Part shown: positions 26,817-36,362 of the stretch, one piece after another
Layout: each line of letters begins with the position of its first letter
Numbering within the stretch: position 1 is the stretch's first letter
Origin: a virus
Lineage: Duplodnaviria > Caudoviricetes
IMG/VR virus record: IMGVR_UViG_3300028048_000040
Location: 128,001 to 192,000 of that record
Strand: one strand, 5' to 3'
DNA length: 64,000 bases
Notes under the pieces: model-generated
What the model saw: the letters and a program-made list of their open reading frames with translations, nothing else
Database searches by the model: none
Told to the model about the DNA's origin: nothing
Position numbers and translations under genes: made by a program

Positions 26817-27833
26817 TTATTTTTTATTAATAGATTTCTTCATGTCATTCAGCATCTTAGTAATATAACCCTCATTGATAGGAATCATATTCAGTGTATT
26901 CAAGCATTCCAAGAATGAATACATAACTTTAGTATCATTTACTACTTTACCAAAGTTTACTTTATTATATTCAGTACTATAAGCTTCCTTTAACACATCT
27001 ACACTATGAATAGATTCTAGCATAATCTGAGTCATACTATTAAATACATTACAAGGAGATTCAAGAATAGCTCTTTCTTTTCTCTTTGCCATTCTTACTG
27101 CTTCTTGTTGCATCTGCTGAACATCTTCAGGAGAATTAGATACTATTTCTTGACTACCATCCATAGTATTCTCTGCAGCATCTAGTTCATCTATTCTTTG
27201 CTTAGCATTATCATAGATCTGCTTAATAGCATATTTATTCTTTTTATTAAAATCAATAAAGTCATCTACTGAATCTTGTACTCTATCAGCAATAATCTTA
27301 GTTACATCTTTAGGAATTGAATCTTTAATATCTACTACAAAGCTTTCAATATCATGATCTTCAATCTTATAAGCATCTTCTTCAGGAAGACCTTCTTTAA
27401 TTTTTTCTTTGGTATCTTCAAGAAGTCTATCTAGATGCTGGTCAATTGTTCTAGAGATATCAGATAAATAAATAGACTTATGAGACCATTCATTCAGTAG
27501 AGCTGGAACATTCTGCTCATTTACGAAATCATTAACAACACCTTTAGCAAGGGTTCTCTCATGAGTATTAGCAACCTGTTCATTCAATACTGGTTCTAAT
27601 ACTGAATAATAGATAGCATTAGTAAGAAGAGTCTTCTGAGCTTCTTCAGCAAAGCTTATCCAGCTATTATCAAATTTCTTTTTACCCATCCAAGCATCAT
27701 ATGCTTGTTCACCATAAGATTTAGGCTTATCTTCTTTCTTAGGATATAGATCAATAGATTGCTCCTGTAAAGACTTTAAATATTCTAATTTTACAGAGGC
27801 ATTAGATTTGGGTGCACGTTTAAAAGTATACAT
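26817..27833 (-). CDS. Probable virion (head) protein, 338 aa
   Basis: Third gene of a late minus-strand operon; AAGGAGGT SD; helical and acidic. Confidence 0.55.
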   Translation of the reverse strand: MYTFKRAPKSNASVKLEYLKSLQEQSIDLYPKKEDKPKSYGEQAYDAWMGKKKFDNSWISFAEEAQKTLLTNAIYYSVLEPVLNEQVANTHERTLAKGVVNDFVNEQNVPALLNEWSHKSIYLSDISRTIDQHLDRLLEDTKEKIKEGLPEEDAYKIEDHDIESFVVDIKDSIPKDVTKIIADRVQDSVDDFIDFNKKNKYAIKQIYDNAKQRIDELDAAENTMDGSQEIVSNSPEDVQQMQQEAVRMAKRKERAILESPCNVFNSMTQIMLESIHSVDVLKEAYSTEYNKVNFGKVVNDTKVMYSFLECLNTLNMIPINEGYITKMLNDMKKSINKK

Positions 27834-27851
27834 TATGTCTTTACCTCCTTA

Positions 27852-29084
27852 TTAGAATAATGGACCACCAGTAGAGCTCATAGCAGTATCTGGATTAGTA
27901 TTTACATCATCAATTCTATACTTTCTACTATCTGCTTTAATCTGATTGGTTGCTGCTCTTTCATTCTTATTATGATCAATAGCAATCTTATCAGCTAGTT
28001 TACGGAAAGCAGATGCGATCTTAAGCTGTCTTCTAACAACAGAAGATTTGTCTCCAACTGTTTTAATATCATTAGTACTATTTAACTGATTAGCATTCAT
28101 CTCTAATAGATCTGCTTGAATGTCTAGATAAGTAGATACTCTAGCTCTAGAAGCATAGAAATAATATACTAGGTCTTTAAGCATAGATACACATGCTAAT
28201 ACAACACCAACCATGGATACTACTGCACCTACACCTACTAATACAGTCAAAGGATCAAATCCTTTAGCTTTAGCTTTTACAAGAGGTCTAAGAGCATTCT
28301 CTACATCACCTTTGCGAGCTGCATCATTAAACTTAACTAAGCTTTCATACATAAGAGATTCTTTAACTTTAGAGATGCCTGCTTTATCAAGAGCAATATC
28401 CATACCATCATTCTTAGGAGACTTAATGTATTCAATACAAGTAGCAATCATATAAGAAATAGAAGATATAATACCAAGAACTATATTATTATACATTGCA
28501 ATACCAATAGAGATCTTGCCAGCAAAGCAAGCCATGAAAAGATCTTTATTGTATTCTACATACTGAAGAGCATTTTGTATTTCAATGATTGGTTTTGTAT
28601 CTTCTTTATACTGAGTGAAAATCTGTTTAAGAATATCAATACATTGTTCAATCTGTTCATATTTAGGAAGTCTAGTAATATCACCTTTAGTATTAGGAAT
28701 ATCACCATAATCAATCTCATCTACTTTATCAATCATCATCTGATAAAGTTTATTAGTAAGAGATACAATAAGAGCATTTTGTTCTGCTTCATCTAAAGCA
28801 AAGATAGCCATGTTAGTTTTAACGTCATGATAGTCAAAATACTCATTAACAATAGCTACAAAGCCTTCATGGAATTTAGCAGTATCATTCTTTTGAGAAA
28901 GGTCATTCATTTTTTTATAAGGTTCATATTTATTAATAACCATACCTTTGTTTTCCTCCTCCTTCTTATCTTTTTTATCATCAGAAAGTTCTGTATCATT
29001 AAAAAGATCTTCTGTATCTACATCAGGAACTACCATATTATCCTGATCTGCTATTCCAGTTTCTGAGAGTTTAAATAGTGGCAT
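27852..29084 (-). CDS. Probable virion (head/ejection) protein, 410 aa, one hydrophobic segment
   Basis: Late operon; AAGGAG SD. Confidence 0.55.
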   Translation of the reverse strand: MPLFKLSETGIADQDNMVVPDVDTEDLFNDTELSDDKKDKKEEENKGMVINKYEPYKKMNDLSQKNDTAKFHEGFVAIVNEYFDYHDVKTNMAIFALDEAEQNALIVSLTNKLYQMMIDKVDEIDYGDIPNTKGDITRLPKYEQIEQCIDILKQIFTQYKEDTKPIIEIQNALQYVEYNKDLFMACFAGKISIGIAMYNNIVLGIISSISYMIATCIEYIKSPKNDGMDIALDKAGISKVKESLMYESLVKFNDAARKGDVENALRPLVKAKAKGFDPLTVLVGVGAVVSMVGVVLACVSMLKDLVYYFYASRARVSTYLDIQADLLEMNANQLNSTNDIKTVGDKSSVVRRQLKIASAFRKLADKIAIDHNKNERAATNQIKADSRKYRIDDVNTNPDTAMSSTGGPLF

Positions 29085-29095
29085 AGTATCACTCC

Positions 29096-30586
29096 TTATC
29101 TCTTAGAAACCATATTGATAACTTTCTTATACATACCTGAACTTTCTTCACGTTCAAGACTCATGAAGGAATAAGTTTCAAAACTCTTACCGCCATCATC
29201 CCAAAGCATATCTACTCTTTCCATTGCTTCATCTACAATGACAGCACACATAAAACTATATCCTCTCATAATAGAAAGAAGAGTTCCTGGATTCTTAATA
29301 TCCAATCTATGATACTTCTTAATTAGATCTGCTTCTTCTTTAGAAATAACTATAGTAGCAATAGCAGAGCAAGAAGCATCATTTTTAAACACCTGTTTAT
29401 TTCTCTTAGCCTGATTAGCTCTAAGTTCTAGAAGTTTCCAAACAGAAGATGTAGAACCTTTGCCTACCTTAGACAAAGCATCTACTTTAGCTCTATCTAC
29501 AGAGAATAAGAAATCTTTAAAGAATGAAATTTCTCTAGTAGTAGCTCTAATGAAATTAAATAATCCTCTACGATCTGAATTTTTGAGCATGATCTTATTT
29601 ACCATATCTTCAGATTTAACATAGTGGATCATTGCTTTAACGCCAATAACAGCAACATTCTCTACATTATTTGTAGCAAATCCATCTCTTGTTTGACCAC
29701 TAACTGTAGTGAATCTAACAATAACAAGGGATGGCATAGCTTCATTAGCTTTTTCTACATCGGTTTTAATAATGCCTTTATTAAGCATATCGTAAGCATT
29801 TTTTATATTACTAATGCCTGGATCATTAGAATATTCTGTATTATAATTTACATCTGTTTCATAACCAGTTCTATTTCCATTATTATCATATTGATTGCGA
29901 TTATTTCTAATAACTGTATCTCTAGTAATACCAGTTCTATGAGCTGTAAACTCATTAAATACTTGCTTTACAACATAATCATTTACGGAAGTCTCGCTTA
30001 AACATTCATCAAGATAATAATGACAATTCTGTTTCAAATCTTCTTGAACAGCTTTAATTCCATCTCTAACTGCAATTTCTGTAGCAGCATTTAGATTATT
30101 AGTATTATTATATACAGTACCACCACGATAAGCATCTATAGTATCTACACCAGCAGACAAAACATCATCAATATTAGCATTAGACCAATCAAGTTTAGAA
30201 TCTAAATTATTATGAAATTGAGAAAGATAGTCATATGCATTAGTAGCAGAATCAATAGATGCGGAAGCAAATAACATTTCTAGCATACCAACACATTTTC
30301 TCTCTACTGCTTTAGAAATCATAACAGCTTGATCAAGTGGTGTAGCCTCAGTAACAATAACTGGGAATACAGCTGTTAGACCTTTTGTAGCTGTAGCAAT
30401 ATTTCTACTAATAACTTGATTAAATTTAGATCTGTCATTGATCTCAGTCATATTCTTTTTATTTTCTCGATAAAAATAGTCCCATACAGTGCTTGGATTT
30501 TTAGATGTGCCAATTTTACTGGCCATATCAATGATGTCACGAAGAAACCCTTCGTGAATAGTAGTAAAGTCTGTGTTAGAACTCAT
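29096..30586 (-). CDS. Probable virion protein, 496 aa
   Basis: Late promoter AACA-N6-TAA at 30641-30653 (minus); AAGGAGGAG SD. Confidence 0.55.
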   Translation of the reverse strand: MSSNTDFTTIHEGFLRDIIDMASKIGTSKNPSTVWDYFYRENKKNMTEINDRSKFNQVISRNIATATKGLTAVFPVIVTEATPLDQAVMISKAVERKCVGMLEMLFASASIDSATNAYDYLSQFHNNLDSKLDWSNANIDDVLSAGVDTIDAYRGGTVYNNTNNLNAATEIAVRDGIKAVQEDLKQNCHYYLDECLSETSVNDYVVKQVFNEFTAHRTGITRDTVIRNNRNQYDNNGNRTGYETDVNYNTEYSNDPGISNIKNAYDMLNKGIIKTDVEKANEAMPSLVIVRFTTVSGQTRDGFATNNVENVAVIGVKAMIHYVKSEDMVNKIMLKNSDRRGLFNFIRATTREISFFKDFLFSVDRAKVDALSKVGKGSTSSVWKLLELRANQAKRNKQVFKNDASCSAIATIVISKEEADLIKKYHRLDIKNPGTLLSIMRGYSFMCAVIVDEAMERVDMLWDDGGKSFETYSFMSLEREESSGMYKKVINMVSKR

Positions 30587-30640
30587 TGACTTACTCCTCC
30601 TTATTAATTTATTTTAGCATAATATTAATATAGTGAATAC

Positions 30641-30699
30641 TTAATCTAATGTTTCTCAAAATAGGCTTTTAAGGACCAATTAGTAAGACAACCTGTTAA
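30641..30699. promoter_or_regulatory. Divergent pair of late promoters
   Basis: AACA-ttagat-TAA (minus, 30641-30653) and GACA-acctgt-TAA (plus, 30687-30699). Confidence 0.75.
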
Positions 30700-30716
30700 G
30701 AAAAGGGGGGAATAAG

Positions 30717-31769
30717 ATGGCAAAGACTACAATTGGAGGATATCAATACGGATCAGGAAAAGTAGAAGTAAATAGCTCAACAGAAATGAGCTCATTTAAA
30801 GATGATGGGAATATAAGACCTAAAGTATTAGAAGATCAACAACTCTTAAAACAAATGAGATCTAATAGTATATTTCAACCATCAGATATGAGATATAGAA
30901 GATCTTTTTATCCATTTAAAAGAATAGATCCATTTAATAGAGTACAAGGAACAAAAGAATATGTATTCTTTACTAAACCACGTATTCCTATAGTGAAAGA
31001 TGATACATTGCAACCTCAATTTCAAAAAATACCTTATTATAGAAATTTATGGTCTTCTGGATATGGTTATCAAGAAATCTTAAAAGACTTATCTGGTACT
31101 GGTGATATATGCCCATTTGTACAGATACTAACTAATAGAATAACTTCTAATATAGATATACCTTCAGTAAATGTAGATATGTTAGAAACAGCTCAAAATT
31201 TTTGGGGTAGTAAAATAGTTTATCCTAAAACTTCTATGTCTTCCGATGAAGGCATGGAATTTACATGTGAATTTGAAGAGACTAAATATCTAGAAATTTA
31301 TCATTTCTTCAAAGCATGGGATATGTATAGACAGATGAAATGGTGGGGAATTATTAGTCCACCAGATTATTGTATTAACCATAAAATTTTAAATGATCAT
31401 ATCGCCGTCTATAAAATTATTGTTGCTGAAGATGGTGAAAGAATATTATATTGGTGTAAATGGACTGGAGTATTCCCATCTACTATAGGAAGAGATACAT
31501 TCTCAGAAATACCAGTTGAAGGGCCATTAAAAATAACAGTAAACTTTAAAGTTAGTGGATGGTTTGAAGATATGGAACCAAATATAATTACAGACTTTAG
31601 ACAAATAGTATCTACTGGGTTAAATAGAAATTATAATAGATGGAAAATTTGGGATGATGATATTGGAGGAATAGAACAAGAGAATATGTATATGCCTTGG
31701 ATTGAACCAGCAGGTAGATTAAATGGTGAAAACTTTACTAATCTTTATTTTGAATGGTTAGAATTTTAA
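30717..31769 (+). CDS. Tail-tube-fold baseplate protein
   Basis: FTCEFEE...FFKAW...GVFPSTIG...ITVNF pattern of tube-like proteins; precedes the wedge gene. Confidence 0.6.
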   Translation: MAKTTIGGYQYGSGKVEVNSSTEMSSFKDDGNIRPKVLEDQQLLKQMRSNSIFQPSDMRYRRSFYPFKRIDPFNRVQGTKEYVFFTKPRIPIVKDDTLQPQFQKIPYYRNLWSSGYGYQEILKDLSGTGDICPFVQILTNRITSNIDIPSVNVDMLETAQNFWGSKIVYPKTSMSSDEGMEFTCEFEETKYLEIYHFFKAWDMYRQMKWWGIISPPDYCINHKILNDHIAVYKIIVAEDGERILYWCKWTGVFPSTIGRDTFSEIPVEGPLKITVNFKVSGWFEDMEPNIITDFRQIVSTGLNRNYNRWKIWDDDIGGIEQENMYMPWIEPAGRLNGENFTNLYFEWLEF

Positions 31770-31782
31770 GAGGAGGTAGAAC

Positions 31783-34584
31783 ATGGCATCTATATCAACT
31801 ACTATCCTCAATACTGATATCTATAAGATTAATCAGTTTGTAGATAGTCTTAAAGCAAGATATGTTGATATTCCAGAAGATACCCTAGTATTAGGTGTTT
31901 ATGGTTATCTATCTTCTGTTATATCTAACGCATTAGAGAATACTGCAGTGATGGCATCTGAGTATTCTAATGAAGCAATTCCTACTAAAGCAAAGTTTGA
32001 AAGAAATATAATTTCTCATGCTTTATCTTTAGGTATAAATAAAATCTTTGCAGTTCCTTCATATATTGATATTACTTTAAACTTACCAGAATCTAAATTA
32101 GTAGAGAATCTTATTCAAGATCCTGATATAGTAAACTCTGCTAGTTATACTGGTGGTGCTCCTAAAGATACATTTATCTTAGATAAAGATTGTGTATTCC
32201 ATATAGGAACAGATGAAGAGTATGAGTATCATCTAGATTATGATATCAAAATAAAAAGAAATATACTTGCTAATGGTACTTATGTATACAATGCTATGTA
32301 TATGACTGATAGCTGGCATAATGAAATGGTTACTCTTAATAATCCATATCTACCAGCTATAGGTATAGTCAATGTAGAGGGAGATAACATGTTATCTATC
32401 AAAACCTCTATAAGGCAATATACCCATACAGAAATCTATCATAAGATCATTGTAGAAAATCCATTAGAGAATAAGATACTCAATTTCACATGGAATGATC
32501 AATTAGTATTCTTCTATGTAGAAGTAGATGAGACTAATGATTCTGGTGGTACTGATAAACATATATTAGTCCCAGTATATGATGGTCTTTATAATGATAC
32601 CACTGTTACTCAAGAATATATAAACTTTATATTCTTAGATGATAAGAATATCAGGCTTAAATTCAATAGAGATGTATATCAACCTAGAAGAAATGCTAAT
32701 ATAACTATTCATGTTATAACTTGCTTAGGTGATGAGACTAACTTTATGCTAGCTCCGTCATATTATAAAGTAGGACCACTAAACTCTTCTAGATTTAATT
32801 ATGCATCTATGTATTATATGATTACTCCTGTAGGAGACTCTATAGATGGCCAGAACAAATTATCTGTAGAACAGCTTAAACATATAATTCCTCAAGAAGC
32901 AATATCTAGAGGATCTATATCTACATATACTGATCTTAATAATGCATTCAACTCTGTTCAAACTCCAGATATTAAAATGACTTTCTTAAGAAAAGTTCAT
33001 AATCAGATAGAAAGATTGTATTATGCTTATCTCTTATTAAGAGATCAGAATAAGAATATAGTGCCAACAAATACAGTTACTTCTTATCTAGAAAGAGATG
33101 TATTTGACTCTATTACTAAATATAACTTTATTCTTAAACCTGGAGCGATATTCTATCAAGATCCAGAAGATGAAAAAGTTAAAGTAAAAGCTCAAGGAGA
33201 TTATACTCAAGATGATATAGATTATATGGATAATAAATCATTCTTATATACTTGCCCTTATCTTATCGTAATGAACAAATCTCCATTCTATGTATCATAT
33301 TACATGACTATGGTATATTATACGAGAGATATGTACTTCAAGTATATAAATGATAAGTCTCTCTTACAGTTTATTGCTCTTAGCTTTACATTCCATAGAG
33401 ATATGTATCCTACTGCGGATATAGATGACATTACAGATCCAGATTATCTTGAAAATGATAATTCTGTATATCATCTAGAAATGACCGTAGTGCAAAATAT
33501 AGCAACTGATTATGATATGGTTACATATGATGATACTGGTGCTATGGATGAATGTAGATTATCTATCTATTTAGTTCTTTATCAGAAAGATAGTGAAGGA
33601 CAAGAATACCCATTCAAATATGTAAAGGGTGTAATGACTCAGTTTGATGAATCTGATTCTTCATTCAATTTTGAATTTAGATTTAAATCTAGTGATAGAT
33701 TTGCTAAGCTAGGTTCTTATATCAATATAGTAAAAGGGTTAAAGAATATTGGTACTGGTGTAGATGTAGAAGCTTATCTACCTCCTAATATTGGTGCTAA
33801 GTTCTTTATCTTAGCTAAATTTGATAATGAATTTGGTAGAGATTATGAATTTGATCATGATGGTAATATTTTAAATTGTGATGATCTTATTCCTAACCTA
33901 ACTGGTTATACTCTTACTAATGTATATGATGCAGGAGACCAAGGATTAGATATATTCTATGACTATTCTGATCTTAATAATTCTTATTGTGAATTAGGTA
34001 AGAATACATTAACTGGAGATAATAATTTCACTATCTATAAAGTTCCTGTAATAAGATATACTTATATGAATACAGAAGCTAAGTGGAGATCTATCATGAG
34101 AATGATTGATAGAAGAAGAAGATATATTCAAAACGTATTACTCCTTCTAGAAGATTCATTTGGTATAGATTATAAATTCTATAATACTTATGGTAAATCT
34201 CTTACTTATAATATTGAGAAAGAAGAGCAGATTGATAGAATCAATCTTAATCTTAGATTTGAAATCAAGTTCATCTCTGAATCTGAAAATGTTATTCTTT
34301 CTAATATCACTACATCTATCAAAGAATATATAGAAGATCTGAATAATGTATCTGATCTACATATGCCTAACTTGATTACATATATAACCAATCTATATAG
34401 AGATCATATCATTTATATTAAGTTTATTGGACTTAATGATTATGAATCTCTCTATCAGTCTATCTATAAGAATCCAATCTTATCTGATAACTATTTCGTT
34501 GAAACTCAGACTGTACCAGAATTTATCAATGTAAATACTAATAGATTCGAATTACCAGATATTGAATATAAAGTAGTAAGCTAA
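31783..34584 (+). CDS. Baseplate wedge protein (T4 gp6 / baseplate-J-like)
   Basis: N-terminal NEAIPTKAKFERNIISHALSLG and DGQNKLSVEQLK..ISTYTDL resemble gp6-family signatures. Confidence 0.7.
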   Translation: MASISTTILNTDIYKINQFVDSLKARYVDIPEDTLVLGVYGYLSSVISNALENTAVMASEYSNEAIPTKAKFERNIISHALSLGINKIFAVPSYIDITLNLPESKLVENLIQDPDIVNSASYTGGAPKDTFILDKDCVFHIGTDEEYEYHLDYDIKIKRNILANGTYVYNAMYMTDSWHNEMVTLNNPYLPAIGIVNVEGDNMLSIKTSIRQYTHTEIYHKIIVENPLENKILNFTWNDQLVFFYVEVDETNDSGGTDKHILVPVYDGLYNDTTVTQEYINFIFLDDKNIRLKFNRDVYQPRRNANITIHVITCLGDETNFMLAPSYYKVGPLNSSRFNYASMYYMITPVGDSIDGQNKLSVEQLKHIIPQEAISRGSISTYTDLNNAFNSVQTPDIKMTFLRKVHNQIERLYYAYLLLRDQNKNIVPTNTVTSYLERDVFDSITKYNFILKPGAIFYQDPEDEKVKVKAQGDYTQDDIDYMDNKSFLYTCPYLIVMNKSPFYVSYYMTMVYYTRDMYFKYINDKSLLQFIALSFTFHRDMYPTADIDDITDPDYLENDNSVYHLEMTVVQNIATDYDMVTYDDTGAMDECRLSIYLVLYQKDSEGQEYPFKYVKGVMTQFDESDSSFNFEFRFKSSDRFAKLGSYINIVKGLKNIGTGVDVEAYLPPNIGAKFFILAKFDNEFGRDYEFDHDGNILNCDDLIPNLTGYTLTNVYDAGDQGLDIFYDYSDLNNSYCELGKNTLTGDNNFTIYKVPVIRYTYMNTEAKWRSIMRMIDRRRRYIQNVLLLLEDSFGIDYKFYNTYGKSLTYNIEKEEQIDRINLNLRFEIKFISESENVILSNITTSIKEYIEDLNNVSDLHMPNLITYITNLYRDHIIYIKFIGLNDYESLYQSIYKNPILSDNYFVETQTVPEFINVNTNRFELPDIEYKVVS

Positions 34585-34589
34585 TAACA

Positions 34590-34617
34590 TACCAGAGTAC
34601 CAAATGGTACTCTGGTA
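34590..34617 (+). terminator. Terminator-like hairpin
   Basis: taccagagtacc-aaat-ggtactctggta. Confidence 0.7.
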
Positions 34618-34711
34618 AACTTATAATTTATAATTGTATATTATAGTCGTGATAAAGTTAGAAGCTCATCATGGTGGTGAGCTCATGTTTAAAAAAGAAA
34701 GGAGCTTTATC

Positions 34712-35137
34712 ATGGAAAACAAAATTTACAGAGACCACCCTGCACATGTATCCGCAAAAACGGCAGATATGATTCATATTTTAAATCATATCTGGAGTGA
34801 GGGCTATATCGACGATCACGATAAGAAGTGGGTTCGTCCATCCGACATCTATCAAGTTGGATTTTGGACCAATTTCCGTGCCGAACAGATTGTTCCTGTA
34901 TTCAAAGGGTCTTTCTGCATCAATCCATTTTATGTGGATGAAGAGGATGGGAATATCCATCTGGATACCTGCTCTTGTGGCGGGACCGTAATAGGCGGTG
35001 ATATAGACCGCTTTAATCATGAAATGAGCCCAAATAATGGGGAGGGGTGGCATACATTTGAACATCTATTTCCCCTCACTGAAGAGGGTTGGAACCGGAT
35101 CAAGGATCGCAAGATGTTCCAAGTAGAAGAAGAATAA
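34712..35137 (+). CDS. Early hypothetical protein (GC-richer)
   Basis: ORF track 34634..35137; promoter 34637-34651 and GAAAGGAG SD favour ATG 34712. Confidence 0.7.
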   Translation: MENKIYRDHPAHVSAKTADMIHILNHIWSEGYIDDHDKKWVRPSDIYQVGFWTNFRAEQIVPVFKGSFCINPFYVDEEDGNIHLDTCSCGGTVIGGDIDRFNHEMSPNNGEGWHTFEHLFPLTEEGWNRIKDRKMFQVEEE

Positions 35138-35257
35138 CAAAAACAAAAATAGAAGCACTAGAGCACGATTCTCTAACGTGCTTCTATTTTTTTTGAGTAA
35201 ACTTATTTTTAGATATATACTATTTATATGAGTTATGAGTTGAAGGAGGAATAGTTT

Positions 35258-35578
35258 ATGTTAACCAAAGAAGAACTCTCATTATGCAATTCCAAGGAAG
35301 ATTATTTAATTCGATATTTATTATGCTCTCTTGCTAAGAGCGATATCGAATTAGGAAAGAAATATCGAGAAGCTTTAAGATTTTTTGATATTCATTCTAA
35401 AGGTAAAAGAACAGATACAGAGAAAGAAAAGGTGAAAGAATATGCATCTCTATTTGTAGATATAAGAACTACTTTATATAGAGCTGTAAGAAGATTAACA
35501 AATCACGAGAAAGCGGACTTATTAGAGTATGATAATAAGATGGATGAGTTTTTGAGTAGTATTAAATTAGGAGAGTAA
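35258..35578 (+). CDS. Early hypothetical protein, 106 aa
   Basis: Promoter 35216-35230, GAAGGAGG SD. Confidence 0.75.
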   Translation: MLTKEELSLCNSKEDYLIRYLLCSLAKSDIELGKKYREALRFFDIHSKGKRTDTEKEKVKEYASLFVDIRTTLYRAVRRLTNHEKADLLEYDNKMDEFLSSIKLGE

Positions 35579-35580
35579 AT

Positions 35581-36279
35581 ATGCAATTCAATTATCTAAA
35601 TGCTGTGAATGTATTCACAGATGCATCAAATCTACCTGCTATGAATGGTAGAAAAGAAAATATCATATGCCCTGCTTATATAGTATCAATCAATGGATCA
35701 ATATTAGAATATGGATCCAGATTGATTAAGAATGCTACAGCAGCATATGGAGAATTATATGCATTAGCTATGGGAGTTCAAGCAGCTACTAGGTATGCCT
35801 ATACTGGCATGCCTATTTATATCTATTCTGATTCTGAAATATCTGTATCTGCATGTACTAAATGGTTAGAAAAATGGTATATGAATGGACGGGATAATTT
35901 CTATCTTACGAAAGGGGATAAGAATCCTGCTGCTAATCAAGAATTAGTTCTAGATATAGTAAAGATGGTATGTCAAGCTAATATGAAAATAGGTTTAATA
36001 AATATATTAGGTCATACTAGAAATGAAGATGTATCTGCTATGGAAAAATTCAGATATTATTTCTATAGAGCTAATCATATTAATGGAAGAGTTCCTATAG
36101 AACACTTACAGAATATGGCTTTATTCAATGATAAAGTAGATACTATATCTAGAACTGCATTAAAGAATATATGTAATCCTAATCATCCTATAGTAAATGC
36201 AAAGGAACAAGTACCAGGAATCTATTGGTATCCTAAGGATGAAGATATTCAACTATATTTGTCATTAGTCAATAAGTAA
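35581..36279 (+). CDS. Ribonuclease HI-like protein
   Basis: VFTDAS, GELYAL, IYSDS, GH..N..VD catalytic D-E-D-D pattern. Confidence 0.85.
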   Translation: MQFNYLNAVNVFTDASNLPAMNGRKENIICPAYIVSINGSILEYGSRLIKNATAAYGELYALAMGVQAATRYAYTGMPIYIYSDSEISVSACTKWLEKWYMNGRDNFYLTKGDKNPAANQELVLDIVKMVCQANMKIGLINILGHTRNEDVSAMEKFRYYFYRANHINGRVPIEHLQNMALFNDKVDTISRTALKNICNPNHPIVNAKEQVPGIYWYPKDEDIQLYLSLVNK

Positions 36280-36362
36280 TTCAAGCATATACTATATCAA
36301 TGATAGTTTGGAGAGTAATCTCCAAACTGAAATTTAAATCTTACTGAAAGGGAGAATTTTTT

